DNA of 64,000 nt from an uncultured virus (IMG/VR IMGVR_UViG_3300046471_000063) (IMGVR_UViG_3300046471_000063); one strand, 5' to 3'. Numbered from the stretch's first letter, positions 9,737 to 20,008 are shown. Numbers and translations are program-made. Notes: generated by a model not told the origin, from the letters alone.

Positions 9737-10504
9737 ATGAGGCTTTCGAAGGACACCGTCAAAGCGATCTATGAACACGCCAGAGCATCGGCTCCCCAAG
9801 AGTCCTGCGGCTTGATCATTCGTTCTGGTCGAGCAAACAAATATGTGCCGGTCTCAAACTCCGCAGAGAAGCCGGAAGACGACTTCAGGATCAGCGCTGA
9901 ATCATGGGCGCTTGCCGAAGACCAAGGCGAGATAACCGCCATCGTCCACAGCCATCCTGGGCAGTCAGCGCGGCTCAGCCACGCAGATCGAGTCTCAATG
10001 GAAGGCACTGCTCTGCCATGGCTGATCGTTGAGGTTCGCGAGGGTGAGCCGGTCAGCCACCTGATCCATGAGCCGAGCGGTTATCAGGCGCCACTCATAG
10101 GGCGTCCGTTCAGGCATGGGGTTCTCGACTGCTACTCGCTGGTTCGCGATTACTACCAGCGTGAGATGGGCATCGCGCTGCCTGAATACGACCGCGAAGA
10201 TGGATGGTGGAACGAAGGGAAGAACCTTTACACCGACAATTTCGAAGGTGCTGGCTTTGTCCAGGTCGGGCAGACAGACCTGCGTCACGGCGATTTGATC
10301 CTGATGCAGGTTCGGTCGCCAGTTCCGAATCACGCGGGCATCTACCTTGCTGACGGTCTGCTCAAGACCGAACCGGCCCACCACCCAGTGCCGGGCGCAA
10401 TTCTGCATCACCTCTACGGCCGTGACTCAAAGCGCGATGTATACGGCGGGTATTGGACCGAAGCCACACGCCTGATCCTCAGGCACAAAGACGCGAAACA
10501 GTGA
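9737..10504 (+). CDS. Tail tip assembly protein (lambda K-like; JAB + NlpC/P60)
   Basis: ESCG, HSHP..SHAD, DCYSLVRDYY, NHAGIY. Confidence 0.9.
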   Translation: MRLSKDTVKAIYEHARASAPQESCGLIIRSGRANKYVPVSNSAEKPEDDFRISAESWALAEDQGEITAIVHSHPGQSARLSHADRVSMEGTALPWLIVEVREGEPVSHLIHEPSGYQAPLIGRPFRHGVLDCYSLVRDYYQREMGIALPEYDREDGWWNEGKNLYTDNFEGAGFVQVGQTDLRHGDLILMQVRSPVPNHAGIYLADGLLKTEPAHHPVPGAILHHLYGRDSKRDVYGGYWTEATRLILRHKDAKQ

Positions 10505-10649
10505 GCGGCTAAGCCGCAAGGGGTTCTTATGGAACAGGCAGTTGGAGCAAAAACTGAGCGGAACGGGTGCACTGCCGAAGTAAAATCCTTCGACAATGCA
10601 CGGGACGTTCTGTTGTGGATGCAGAAGCAGATTAACAACTCGCAGCTTG

Positions 10650-10898
10650 CTACTTCGGCTGTGTTGCCTTTATCTGCTCAATAACTTGGAGAGCACCCTC
10701 AATTGGAGAGCGGTAGAACTCCAGCTGAGTGGCGTCCATTCCTGTCGTTGAATCCTGAAGATAAACCTGGAGCTGTTTTTCAATAAGCTCTCGCTCAGAC
10801 GAGGTTCTGTACACCACAGCTGTCAGAGCTTGAATTGCGCGAACGACGCCAAGATTGAACGCGTCATATCTGGTTAAGCCTTCTGGAACATTACTCAC
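10650..10898 (-). CDS. Antisense moron, 82-aa hypothetical protein
   Basis: AGGAGG RBS before GTG start; inserted between K and I. Confidence 0.7.
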   Translation of the reverse strand: MSNVPEGLTRYDAFNLGVVRAIQALTAVVYRTSSERELIEKQLQVYLQDSTTGMDATQLEFYRSPIEGALQVIEQIKATQPK

Positions 10899-11020
10899 AT
10901 CGACCTCCTAGGTCACATTGCCCCGGTCCATGGGCTTGCAGACAACGGACCGAGGCGGTTCATTGGAGGCGAAAAGCTACTACGGCCTGTGTCAGGTTCG
11001 TTACTGATCGTTTGTCCACG

Positions 11021-11036
11021 CTGGATGGGTACACAG
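11021..11036. promoter_or_regulatory. Putative LexA (SOS) box
   Basis: CTGGATGGGTACACAG = CTG-N10-CAG; adjacent degenerate CTGATCGTTTGTCCAC at 11004-11019. Confidence 0.5.
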
Positions 11037-11110
11037 GACACATGTATCGTTGCATTCCGTTTTCTCGCAATTGGCGAGCAGAACGGTTAATGCCCCACTA
11101 GGAGAACCGC

Positions 11111-11656
11111 ATGAGCGACGATATGGACCAAAAGCAGCCCAAGATTGGAAAGCTAGATCTTCCGGATGAGATGATGCTCCTCGGTGGGGCCATGCTGGCT
11201 GCGCAAAAGCTAGAATTCGTCTTATATGGGATGGCCTCTCACCTTAAAAAGCGCGGGGGGAAATTCAAAAATCTAGATCCAGAAGAGTTCTTGCGTGGAG
11301 ATGGCTCCACAACCAAGGCCACACTGGGTGACATAGTTCGCGAGTTCGCGTCTGATTTTCAAATCGATAGCGAGGAGCTCACCCGTCTGGTAGGTGACAG
11401 AAATTTGATAGCTCACGACTACTGGCGGATGACTAAGGCGAAAATAAGAGGCGGGAGGTCGTTGCAGGATCCAGAAGACTTTCTTTTCCGGTTCATCAGT
11501 CGGTGTGAGTCCTGGACTGCTAAATGCGAAGGGTGGCTCCAATTAGCAATTGCCACTATCGCCGAAAGAGACGGTCGGTCTGATGAGTTTGTTGTGACGC
11601 CGGAATCGACAGCGAAACTCTTGGAGTACCTCAAGCACATCGCGAATCGGCAATAG
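11111..11656 (+). CDS. Moron: putative HEPN-like protein
   Basis: AQKLE, TLGD and RNLIAH (R-x4-H) motifs in a helical 181-aa protein; AGGAG RBS. Confidence 0.65.
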   Translation: MSDDMDQKQPKIGKLDLPDEMMLLGGAMLAAQKLEFVLYGMASHLKKRGGKFKNLDPEEFLRGDGSTTKATLGDIVREFASDFQIDSEELTRLVGDRNLIAHDYWRMTKAKIRGGRSLQDPEDFLFRFISRCESWTAKCEGWLQLAIATIAERDGRSDEFVVTPESTAKLLEYLKHIANRQ

Positions 11657-11752
11657 CTGAACATCTTTGTGACCGGGCGATGCTTGGATCGGGGGAATGT
11701 ATGCTTACGCCGATTAGCGTTATCCTCGGCCCTTTCTCAATGAGGGATCATC

Positions 11753-12094
11753 ATGCGAATTTTGATAGGGGCGCTGGCAGTTGCCCTGCTGGCGGGGTGT
11801 GCAAGCTCTCTGGAAGAGCACCGAGCCGAAGGACCGACGGATAGCTTCACCACCGCAAAATCGGTCGATGAGGTATCGCGCTGCATTCTGTTCAGTTGGC
11901 AGGAATACAAATGGTACGGCCAACCAATGCAGGCTCTGCTTCAACCCAATCAGCACGGCGGTAATACTGTGCTGATGGCTCAGACCCAGCTGTTTGCGGA
12001 CATTCTTCCATCCGATGGTAAGACGCGGATCAACTACTACAGTAGTGGCGCCATTGGTAAAGAGCTAAGGCCAAGGGTGCGTTCCTGTATTTAA
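11753..12094 (+). CDS. Moron lipoprotein
   Basis: Signal peptide with lipobox LAGC; followed by terminator. Confidence 0.8.
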   Translation: MRILIGALAVALLAGCASSLEEHRAEGPTDSFTTAKSVDEVSRCILFSWQEYKWYGQPMQALLQPNQHGGNTVLMAQTQLFADILPSDGKTRINYYSSGAIGKELRPRVRSCI

Positions 12095-12111
12095 CCCACA
12101 CTAACTTTCTA

Positions 12112-12134
12112 AGCCGCCTTCGGGCGGTTTTTTT
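12112..12134 (+). terminator. Intrinsic terminator
   Basis: CCGCC-ttcg-GGCGG + T7. Confidence 0.85.
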
Positions 12135-12150
12135 ATGCCTGGAGAAAAGC

Positions 12151-12780
12151 ATGGCGGAGCGCATTCGGACAATTCGGCTCTACGGAAAGCTGGGCGCTCG
12201 CTTCGGACGGATTCACTACTTGGCTGTCAACTCGGCAGCGGAGGCCGTTCGCGCCCTGGGCGTCCTTCACAAGGGATTCAATCAGTTCCTTACGGATTCG
12301 AAGGACTTAGGTGTGTCCTTTGCGGTGTTTTACGGCAAACGCAACCTCAGCCAAGACCAGCTTCGCGATCCTCCGAGTAGCAACGACATCCGCATAGCGC
12401 CAGTGGTACAGGGCAGCAAGAACGGCGGCGGCCTGCAGACTGTGATCGGGGTGGTCTTAATCGCAGTGGCGAGCTATTTCTCTGGTGGTGCGGCCGCCGG
12501 CACAGCTGGCGCAGGATTGTACGGAGCTACAGCCACTGCGGCCTGGACCGTGGTTGGCTCGATCGGTTTCTCTCTCGCCATCGGCGGTGTGGCGCAGTTG
12601 ATCAGCGGCCAGCAGTCCGGCATCGACAGCAGCGAAGCCGCGGACAACCAGCCTAGCTACAACTTTTCAGGCATCAAGAACACCGTCACCCAAGGCAACC
12701 CGGTACCGCTGTGCTACGGCGAGATGACCGTGGGTTCCGCCATGATTTCACTGGGCATCGTCGCCGAAGACGAACAGTAA
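12151..12780 (+). CDS. Tail assembly protein (lambda I-like)
   Basis: IRLYGKLGARFG, IRIAPV..GSK, QGNPVPLCYGE. Confidence 0.9.
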   Translation: MAERIRTIRLYGKLGARFGRIHYLAVNSAAEAVRALGVLHKGFNQFLTDSKDLGVSFAVFYGKRNLSQDQLRDPPSSNDIRIAPVVQGSKNGGGLQTVIGVVLIAVASYFSGGAAAGTAGAGLYGATATAAWTVVGSIGFSLAIGGVAQLISGQQSGIDSSEAADNQPSYNFSGIKNTVTQGNPVPLCYGEMTVGSAMISLGIVAEDEQ

Positions 12781-12790
12781 GGGCTTTCCA

Positions 12791-15700
12791 ATGACCGACA
12801 CCATCGTCCGCGGCTCCAAAGGCAGCGAGAGCAGCCACACGCCTGTTGAAAGCCCGGACAGCCTGATCAACACCAGTTACGCGAACATCTTGGATGCCAT
12901 CAGCGAGGGGCCGATCGTTGGCTTGGTGAGTGGCGCTCGGTCCATTTATCTGGACGAGACACCGATTCAAGGCACCGATGGGTCCATGAACTTCACCGGC
13001 GTGACTTGGGAGCAGCGCTTCGGCGAGCACGATCAGGATTACATCACCGGCTTTCCGTCTGTAGAGACCGAACATGCGGTCGGCGTCGAGTTGAAGGCCT
13101 CCCAGCCGTGGACCCAGAGCCTGAGCAATCTGCAGTTGTCTGGCGTTCGTCTGCGTCTCGGGGCGTCTGCGCTTTATCAGCAAAACAGCGACGGCGATAC
13201 CGATGGCTTCACTGTGAACTACGTGGTCGAGCTTTCTACGGACGGCTCCGACTACGTGCCGATCATCACCACTGCGTTCAACGGCAAAACCACCACCGGT
13301 TATCAGCGCTCGCACCGCATCGATCTTCCAGCAGCTGAAGAAGGTTGGTCTATCCGCGTACGCCGCACCACGCCTGACTACACCGATGCAAAAATCGGCG
13401 ACACCACCACTGTTGTCAGCTACACCGAAGTCATCGACGCCAAGCTGCAATATCCCTACACCGCTTTGGTTGGGATCAAGATCGATGCGAGCCAGTTTTC
13501 GAACATTCCTGAGCGCGCCTTCCGCATCAAGGGCCGCATCATCCAGGTGCCGAACAACTACACCCCAGAGCTGCGCACCTATTCCGGAACTTGGGATGGC
13601 ACGTTCAAGCTGGCGTGGACCGACAATCCAGCATGGATCTACCGCGACATCATCATCAATGATCGTTACGGTCTGGGCCGCTTCATCAGCAGCGACAACG
13701 TCGACAAGTGGGAGCTTTACCAGATCGCGCAGTATTGCGATGCGATGGTCTCGGATGGCAAGGGCGGGCAGGAGCCTCGGTTCACCTGCAATCTGTATTT
13801 GCAGTCGCGAGCCGATGCGCTCCAGGTACTGCAAGATCTGGCCAGCATCTTTCGCGGCATGGCCTATTACGCTGGGAGCGAAGTAGTCGCGTCCGCCGAT
13901 ATGCCAAACGACCCGGTGTACACCTACACCAATGCCAACGTTATCGAAGGCTATTTCAGCCGCCCAGGCTCGTCCGGCTCCACTCGTTTCAGCGTTGCGA
14001 AAGTCAGCTGGACTGATCGCGACGACTTCGGCGCGCAGAAAGTCGAGTATGTGCCGAACACAAGGGCCATCGCTCGCTATGGAATTCGCGAGACTGAAAT
14101 CACGGCGTTCGGCTGCGTGTCGCAAGGCCAGGCCCAGCGTCTCGGTCATTACACGTTGCTGACCAACCAGTTGGAAACCGGCACCATTCAGTTCAGTGTC
14201 GGGCTGGATGGAGTGCTCGCGCGCCCAGGTCAGATCATCCGTGTTGCAGACCAGCACTACGCGGGCAAGCCCATCGGCGGCCGAGTCAAGGCTTCGACCA
14301 CGAACAGCGTCACCGTTGACGATGACCTGACCGTCGCCGCCGGCGACACCCTGGTCGTCATCCAGCCGAACGGTACAGCTCAGACTCGCATCATCAAAAC
14401 CGTTGCTGGGCGCGTGATCACCGTCACCGAAAGCTTCAGCGCGGCTCCAGTAACCGAGTCGGTCTACGCGATCGAAACCACAGAGGTCGTGCCTGAAACC
14501 TATCGCATCCTGACCATCACCGAGAACTTCGGTGACGACAAGCTTCAATACGACGTGGTCGCGGTTCAGCACAACGCGAGCAAATTTGCCGCCATCGACA
14601 GCGGCGCCCAGATCGTAACGCCTCCAACCACCACACTTCCTGGTGCGGTGCAGGCAATGCCCACTAACATCCAACTTTCGACCTATGAGGCCGTGAAGCA
14701 GGGCCTGACTGTCGCAACTATGCGCATTACGTGGGAGCCTGCACGCAGCGCACAGAGCTATCAGGTCTGGTGGAAGAAGGATTCGGGCGACTGGGTCTAT
14801 GCCGGTATCACTTACACCTCATCGATCGAGGTGTCGGGCATCTACACTGGCACCTATACGGCTCGGGTTTCGGCTGTTGGCGTAAATGGCAACTCGTCCC
14901 TATGGGCGTATTCCGAACCAACGCTGCTGAACGGCAAGGAAGGTTTGCCACCCGCAATCACGTCGCTGACCACCGAAAGCCTGATCTTTGGTATCGGCAT
15001 CAAGTGGACTTTCCCACCAGGTGCTGAAGACACCCAGCGTACCGAGCTCTGGTACAGCGAGGCGCCGCAGCTCGACAGCGCAACCAAGCTGGCGGATTTG
15101 GCGTATCCACAATCCGACTACACCATGCAGGGCCTGAAGGCAGGGCAATCGTTCTTCTTTTGGGCGCGCCTCGTCGACCGCACCGGCAACGTCGGCCCGT
15201 GGTATCCAGAAGCTCCTACTGTCGTGAACGGTCAGGCCAGCGCCGATGCCGACGACATTCTGGATTACCTCGTCGGCCAAATTACCGAGAGCCAGCTTGG
15301 CCAAGAGCTGCTGTCGGAAATCGGCAAGATCGGAGGCGACGGCCCGGGCTCGGTGAATGAACGACTTGACCAGGTGAAGTCCGACCTGAGCGACCAGATC
15401 ACCGACGTCAGCAACACCGTGACCGAAGTGCAGACCGAGCTGCAGGCGCAGATCGATCAGATTGCGGATCTGGCTGACTCGATGCCTTACAAGGCCGACC
15501 AGACATACACGGCCGGGCAGGGCGTGCTCGGCGCTGACGGGATCATCTATCAGGCGACCCAGAACGTGCCGGTCAACACGGCACCGCCGAACGCCACCTA
15601 CTGGCTGAACGTTGGCCAGGCAGTGCAGGCAGCGAACGGCCTGGCCGCGCGCGTCACCACCGCTGAAACCAAGATCACCAGCATCGAGGGCGTGAACGCC

Positions 15701-18700
15701 GCGCAGGCGAACCAGATCACCGGCCTGCAAACCTCGCTGGATGGCAAAGCCGATTCGTCCGTGGTCAGCAGTTTGTCGAGCCGCGTCACGACTGCCGAGA
15801 ACAGCCTCAGCAGCCAGGGCACGGCAATCACCGGCCTGACCAACAGCCTCACGACCACCAACCAGAGCGTCACGGCAGCACAGAACGCAGCGAATGCGGC
15901 GAACACGCTGGCGGGCGGGAAGGGCAAGGTCATCGTTCAGTCGGCAGCACCGGCCGCTGCCGATCAGTTGGCCCAGAACCTCTGGATCGACATCACTGGC
16001 AACGCGAATACCCCGAAACGCTGGACGGGGAGCGCGTGGGCGGCAGTTACAGACAAGGCTGCGACGGATGCTGCGGCGGCGGCTGCGAGCGCGCTGGCGC
16101 AGGTAGCGACCAAGGCTGAGGCGGCGACAGTACAGGCGCTCAGCAACACTGTGACCCAGCAGGGAACCGATCTGACAGCGGCGGGGAGCGCGATCACCAA
16201 CATCACCGCGAACCTGTCGAGCGTTGGTGGTGAGAACCTGCTGTACAACCCTTCGTTTGATCGGTTCGCCACCGCCAGTTCACCAATTGCGGACGGCTGG
16301 GTAAGTTCTGTTCCTGCAGGGCCGGTTGCGACGTTCTCTCAAGTCGCCTCCACTTTGGACCCTGCTGGTAAATCCCAACGGATCGACGTCACGGGCATGA
16401 CGACGACTACCTACGCGGACGTGACTCCAGTGGTGGCCAACCGCCCTGCGGTGTCGGCGGGTCAGGTGATCACGCTGTCCGCGTACGTCCGAGGGACGCC
16501 AGGACTTGGCTTCCAGATGTTCATGCAGCATCGTGATGCCTCCGGCGCAGTGCTGGCGACTGCGTCGCAAGGTGTCAGCGTGTTGGCTGATGGCTGGCAG
16601 CGGATTGTGCTGACCAGTGCGGCCCTGCCCGTGGGGACGGTGGTCACTACGCCGCTGTTGCGCGTGCGTCCTAACTCCGCAGGCACAATCACGGCCGGAT
16701 TCGTGGAAATAGACCGTGCTCAGCTTGAGGTCTCGGCTGTTGCGAGCGGATGGAAAGATAGCGGCAAGGTGGCGGCTGCGGATATCGCGACACAGGCTTC
16801 GGCCACAACCGCGCTGACTGGTCGCGTCACTCAGGCTGAAACTGGCCTGACAAGCGTGAGCGGTCAACTGACCACGCTGAATAACAGCATCGGGCAAATG
16901 GGCGGTGACAACTTGCTTCCCAATAGCTCGTTTGAGCAGACGCCAACTGGGGACGCTACGCGCCCTCTGTACTGGAGGGCGGGTAGCAGCGCTGGCGCCA
17001 CACCCACGCTGACATTCGTGGATTCGACGCTGAATTCAAGCATTAAAGCTGTTCGCCTCACTCGCGCTGCACTGGCAAACGGTGGCTATATCGACTTGAA
17101 CTGGCAGCCAACGGATGCCGATCAGCCAAAAGTTACGGCTGGAACTGCATACACCTTCAGTGTCTATGCGCGCCTCTCCAATGCCTCTGCGCGTCTGGTG
17201 ACGTACATCCAGTGGATGGACGCGGTGGGGACGGTGATTTCCACCTCTCAACTTGCTGAGACCGCCGTCGGCACTACTTTCGCGCGGGCGAGCCTCACGG
17301 CAACCGCTCCAGCTGGCGCTGTAAAGGCGCAGATATTTGCCGGGCGGTTAATCAATCGTTCTGGTGCAGCTGCAGACATGTGGATTGAGCTGGACAACGT
17401 ACAGCTGCAAGAAGGGGCTGTTGCGACCGCGTACAGCCCGTCAGTCCAGGCTGTGACTACTGCACAGGCGGCGACCTCGGCGGCAGTCGATTCGCTCTCG
17501 TCGACGGTTACCCAGCAGGGCACCACGCTGACCAGCGTTGCGGCGCGGACTACAACGCTTGAGAACGCCGTAAACAGCACCACTGATGGACTGGCAACCA
17601 AGGCCAGTTCGGCTGCATTGCAGACGTTGACGAACCGGGTAACCAGCGCCGAGGGCGTGAACACGGCTCAGGCGTCAAGCATCACCGATCTGCAAACCTC
17701 AGTGGGCACGATCCAGGGGGCGCTTGGGGCTTCTGGCCTTGATCCGGCGGAGAACGCGACGTGGAACTTCGACAGCACTGTAGACGGATGGGCGGCAGCT
17801 AATGCCTCGATCACATCAAATGCTGGGTATGTAACGGTTACTGCTACCACTGCAGATCCTCAGCTCACCCGTTCGGCAATCTCGGTTCAGGGCGCACTCT
17901 ATCCGATCATCCGAGCCAAGATCACGCGGCGAGCTGGTGCAGTTGGAGATTGGGACGGTCAGCTGTTTTATGTGACGTCTGGCCATGGATTTTCTGGCAG
18001 TTATCGCAAAGTGGCTGCCAACCCAAACCTAGCGGTAGGTGCGAGCGCCGTTGTTGAGTGGGACATGAGCGCGCTCACAAACGGCGGAACAGATTGGCTG
18101 AGCAACACTATCACCAGCCTGCGAATCGACCTTGGATCGACTGTAGGCGGTTCGTTCGACATCGACTGGATCGTTGTAGGTCGCGTGGGCCCAGCGGCAT
18201 CGAGTCGTGCATTGCAGTCGCTGACATCGACCGTCACCACCCAAGGCGCAACTCAGTCCGCGCAGTCACAGCAGATAACCGGGCTGCAAAGCTCTGTTGG
18301 CAGCAATACTGCCCAGTTGCAGCAGCAAGCAACCACAATCGCAGACTCCGCTGGGAAGATATCCTCGGCCTATACCCTTCGGCTGGCTACATCGGCCAAC
18401 GGGGTCAATTACGTTGCAGGGTTTGGCATCGGACTGGACAACAGCTCCGGAGTTACTCAGTCGCAGTTCGTGGTTACGGCTGACCGGTTTGCAGTGCTGA
18501 ACACGGCGGACGCTGGCGGAACATTGACATCACCTTTCATCATTGAGAACGGCCAAGTGTTCATGGCTGACGCAGTGATTAAGAGAGCCACCATTCAGAA
18601 CGCAATTGTGGGGAATTATTTGGTGTCGTCGGCCAATACAACGTGGGGCGGTCCAGTAATGTCACTCAATATGGTCACGGGCGAAATCATCGCTCGCCAT

Positions 18701-18793
18701 CCTACAAGAGCAAACACTTATACCGCCTATAACTCTGGCGGGGTTGATGTGATCGTAGATGGTGTGCGGCGCGTCAGAATGGGGACCTGGTAA
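12791..18793 (+). CDS. Tip attachment / central tail fibre (lambda J-like) with extra carbohydrate-binding-like modules
   Basis: ISEGPI, WTDNPAW, FN3-like segments, C-terminal VAGFGIG...ADRFAV; 2000 aa. Confidence 0.92.
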   Translation: MTDTIVRGSKGSESSHTPVESPDSLINTSYANILDAISEGPIVGLVSGARSIYLDETPIQGTDGSMNFTGVTWEQRFGEHDQDYITGFPSVETEHAVGVELKASQPWTQSLSNLQLSGVRLRLGASALYQQNSDGDTDGFTVNYVVELSTDGSDYVPIITTAFNGKTTTGYQRSHRIDLPAAEEGWSIRVRRTTPDYTDAKIGDTTTVVSYTEVIDAKLQYPYTALVGIKIDASQFSNIPERAFRIKGRIIQVPNNYTPELRTYSGTWDGTFKLAWTDNPAWIYRDIIINDRYGLGRFISSDNVDKWELYQIAQYCDAMVSDGKGGQEPRFTCNLYLQSRADALQVLQDLASIFRGMAYYAGSEVVASADMPNDPVYTYTNANVIEGYFSRPGSSGSTRFSVAKVSWTDRDDFGAQKVEYVPNTRAIARYGIRETEITAFGCVSQGQAQRLGHYTLLTNQLETGTIQFSVGLDGVLARPGQIIRVADQHYAGKPIGGRVKASTTNSVTVDDDLTVAAGDTLVVIQPNGTAQTRIIKTVAGRVITVTESFSAAPVTESVYAIETTEVVPETYRILTITENFGDDKLQYDVVAVQHNASKFAAIDSGAQIVTPPTTTLPGAVQAMPTNIQLSTYEAVKQGLTVATMRITWEPARSAQSYQVWWKKDSGDWVYAGITYTSSIEVSGIYTGTYTARVSAVGVNGNSSLWAYSEPTLLNGKEGLPPAITSLTTESLIFGIGIKWTFPPGAEDTQRTELWYSEAPQLDSATKLADLAYPQSDYTMQGLKAGQSFFFWARLVDRTGNVGPWYPEAPTVVNGQASADADDILDYLVGQITESQLGQELLSEIGKIGGDGPGSVNERLDQVKSDLSDQITDVSNTVTEVQTELQAQIDQIADLADSMPYKADQTYTAGQGVLGADGIIYQATQNVPVNTAPPNATYWLNVGQAVQAANGLAARVTTAETKITSIEGVNAAQANQITGLQTSLDGKADSSVVSSLSSRVTTAENSLSSQGTAITGLTNSLTTTNQSVTAAQNAANAANTLAGGKGKVIVQSAAPAAADQLAQNLWIDITGNANTPKRWTGSAWAAVTDKAATDAAAAAASALAQVATKAEAATVQALSNTVTQQGTDLTAAGSAITNITANLSSVGGENLLYNPSFDRFATASSPIADGWVSSVPAGPVATFSQVASTLDPAGKSQRIDVTGMTTTTYADVTPVVANRPAVSAGQVITLSAYVRGTPGLGFQMFMQHRDASGAVLATASQGVSVLADGWQRIVLTSAALPVGTVVTTPLLRVRPNSAGTITAGFVEIDRAQLEVSAVASGWKDSGKVAAADIATQASATTALTGRVTQAETGLTSVSGQLTTLNNSIGQMGGDNLLPNSSFEQTPTGDATRPLYWRAGSSAGATPTLTFVDSTLNSSIKAVRLTRAALANGGYIDLNWQPTDADQPKVTAGTAYTFSVYARLSNASARLVTYIQWMDAVGTVISTSQLAETAVGTTFARASLTATAPAGAVKAQIFAGRLINRSGAAADMWIELDNVQLQEGAVATAYSPSVQAVTTAQAATSAAVDSLSSTVTQQGTTLTSVAARTTTLENAVNSTTDGLATKASSAALQTLTNRVTSAEGVNTAQASSITDLQTSVGTIQGALGASGLDPAENATWNFDSTVDGWAAANASITSNAGYVTVTATTADPQLTRSAISVQGALYPIIRAKITRRAGAVGDWDGQLFYVTSGHGFSGSYRKVAANPNLAVGASAVVEWDMSALTNGGTDWLSNTITSLRIDLGSTVGGSFDIDWIVVGRVGPAASSRALQSLTSTVTTQGATQSAQSQQITGLQSSVGSNTAQLQQQATTIADSAGKISSAYTLRLATSANGVNYVAGFGIGLDNSSGVTQSQFVVTADRFAVLNTADAGGTLTSPFIIENGQVFMADAVIKRATIQNAIVGNYLVSSANTTWGGPVMSLNMVTGEIIARHPTRANTYTAYNSGGVDVIVDGVRRVRMGTW

Positions 18794-19086
18794 TGCCTGC
18801 AGGAATTCAGATATTTGATGCGCAAGGAGTTCTAATAGTTGACATTACCGATAACCTTCCTAGGTTTATCGGTTCTGTCTATACAGGGACTTCGCCTGGC
18901 TCGATAGCGATCCCTGCCTTTTCAGGAGGCAGGGGATTTGCCTATAGCACTGACACGACTGACACGTATCCAGGCGATGCGGTCAACCGGCCTATATTTC
19001 AGGTGACTACCTCCGGTATCTCCTGGTCGTGGGGTAGTGGCCCACCAGCTATTCGCCCCACCACCATTCTCTATGGAGTTTACTGA
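18793..19086 (+). CDS. Tail-tip accessory protein
   Basis: MPAGIQIFDAQG..VD; coupled to J. Confidence 0.7.
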   Translation: MPAGIQIFDAQGVLIVDITDNLPRFIGSVYTGTSPGSIAIPAFSGGRGFAYSTDTTDTYPGDAVNRPIFQVTTSGISWSWGSGPPAIRPTTILYGVY

Positions 19087-19748
19087 TGGCTGCAGGTTTT
19101 CAATCTTTCAACGATTCGGGGAACGTGCAAATTGATGCCGACTACAGCAACTATGTAATGGTCGCTAAAGGCACCGCGGTCAGCGGTCCGCGGTCAGACG
19201 CAGGGTTCGGTGCCGACATATCGAGTGGCAAGAAAAACAGCATTATTGCCATCCGGTCTGGTGCATTTGCTGCAGTCTTCAATAGCCTGGACTCGGCGGG
19301 CAACGTCGTTCATAGAGTTCTCACCGAGACAAATGGTGCCTCATTCGAATATTGGATATTTTCGGCCGACCCAGCCCCGGCAGCGAACAGCGGGATCGAG
19401 ATTTATAACGCTGCAGGGCAGCGAGTATTCCAAGGCATTGCACCGTACCTTAGGCTTTTGGGTTTTTATAACGTACCAGTTAACGCAGGTACGAACGGAT
19501 CGGTATCAACGCCGGGGAAAAATCCGGCATGGGTATCGGCTTCTTACTGTGCGCTTTGGGAAGGAGCGACAGTTCCAAATCCAGGAGGTGCGCCTATCTC
19601 GCAGGGAATACTGCGGACTTTGATGGGGAGAAGTGTTTCAGGGGGCGCGCAGTACCAATCGAAAACGATTTACTCATTCCCAGCAAACCGTGGAACGTCA
19701 GATAACGCATACGGCGCTTTCATGCTCATCGATACCACTAACTTATAA
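19086..19748 (+). CDS. Tail-tip accessory protein
   Basis: MAAGFQSFNDSG and internal GIEIYNAAG repeat; coupled to previous gene. Confidence 0.7.
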   Translation: MAAGFQSFNDSGNVQIDADYSNYVMVAKGTAVSGPRSDAGFGADISSGKKNSIIAIRSGAFAAVFNSLDSAGNVVHRVLTETNGASFEYWIFSADPAPAANSGIEIYNAAGQRVFQGIAPYLRLLGFYNVPVNAGTNGSVSTPGKNPAWVSASYCALWEGATVPNPGGAPISQGILRTLMGRSVSGGAQYQSKTIYSFPANRGTSDNAYGAFMLIDTTNL

Positions 19749-19764
19749 CCAGCGAGTGACAACT

Positions 19765-19992
19765 ATGCCTTTCATCGTAATCAACACCAGCAACAGCTAC
19801 GACCCAAGCAACCAGACCGAGTACGCCACCGAGGCAGAAGCGGACGCCAAGGCCCGCGAGATCCTGCAGGCGTTCCCCCAGTCCAACATCCGGACCGCTC
19901 AGCTGCTGAACAGCTATTCAGCGAAGGTGACCATCACCTCGAAGGCAGTGCCTGAGACACCAGCCGAACCGGACCCCGCGCCGGCTGAATAA
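19765..19992 (+). CDS. Small hypothetical phage protein
   Basis: ATG 19765; phage-like codon usage; followed by terminator. Confidence 0.6.
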   Translation: MPFIVINTSNSYDPSNQTEYATEAEADAKAREILQAFPQSNIRTAQLLNSYSAKVTITSKAVPETPAEPDPAPAE

Positions 19993-20008
19993 TGCAGAAG
20001 CTGACCAT

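Noticed and set aside
10529..10684. 51-codon plus-strand ORF after tail gene K
   Set aside because: Weak RBS, overlaps the convergent 82-aa gene, no recognisable motif
12686..14674. Long minus-strand ORFs (also 4025-5308, 49289-50608 and others)
   Set aside because: Antisense shadows of GC-rich phage genes, with no motifs or RBS
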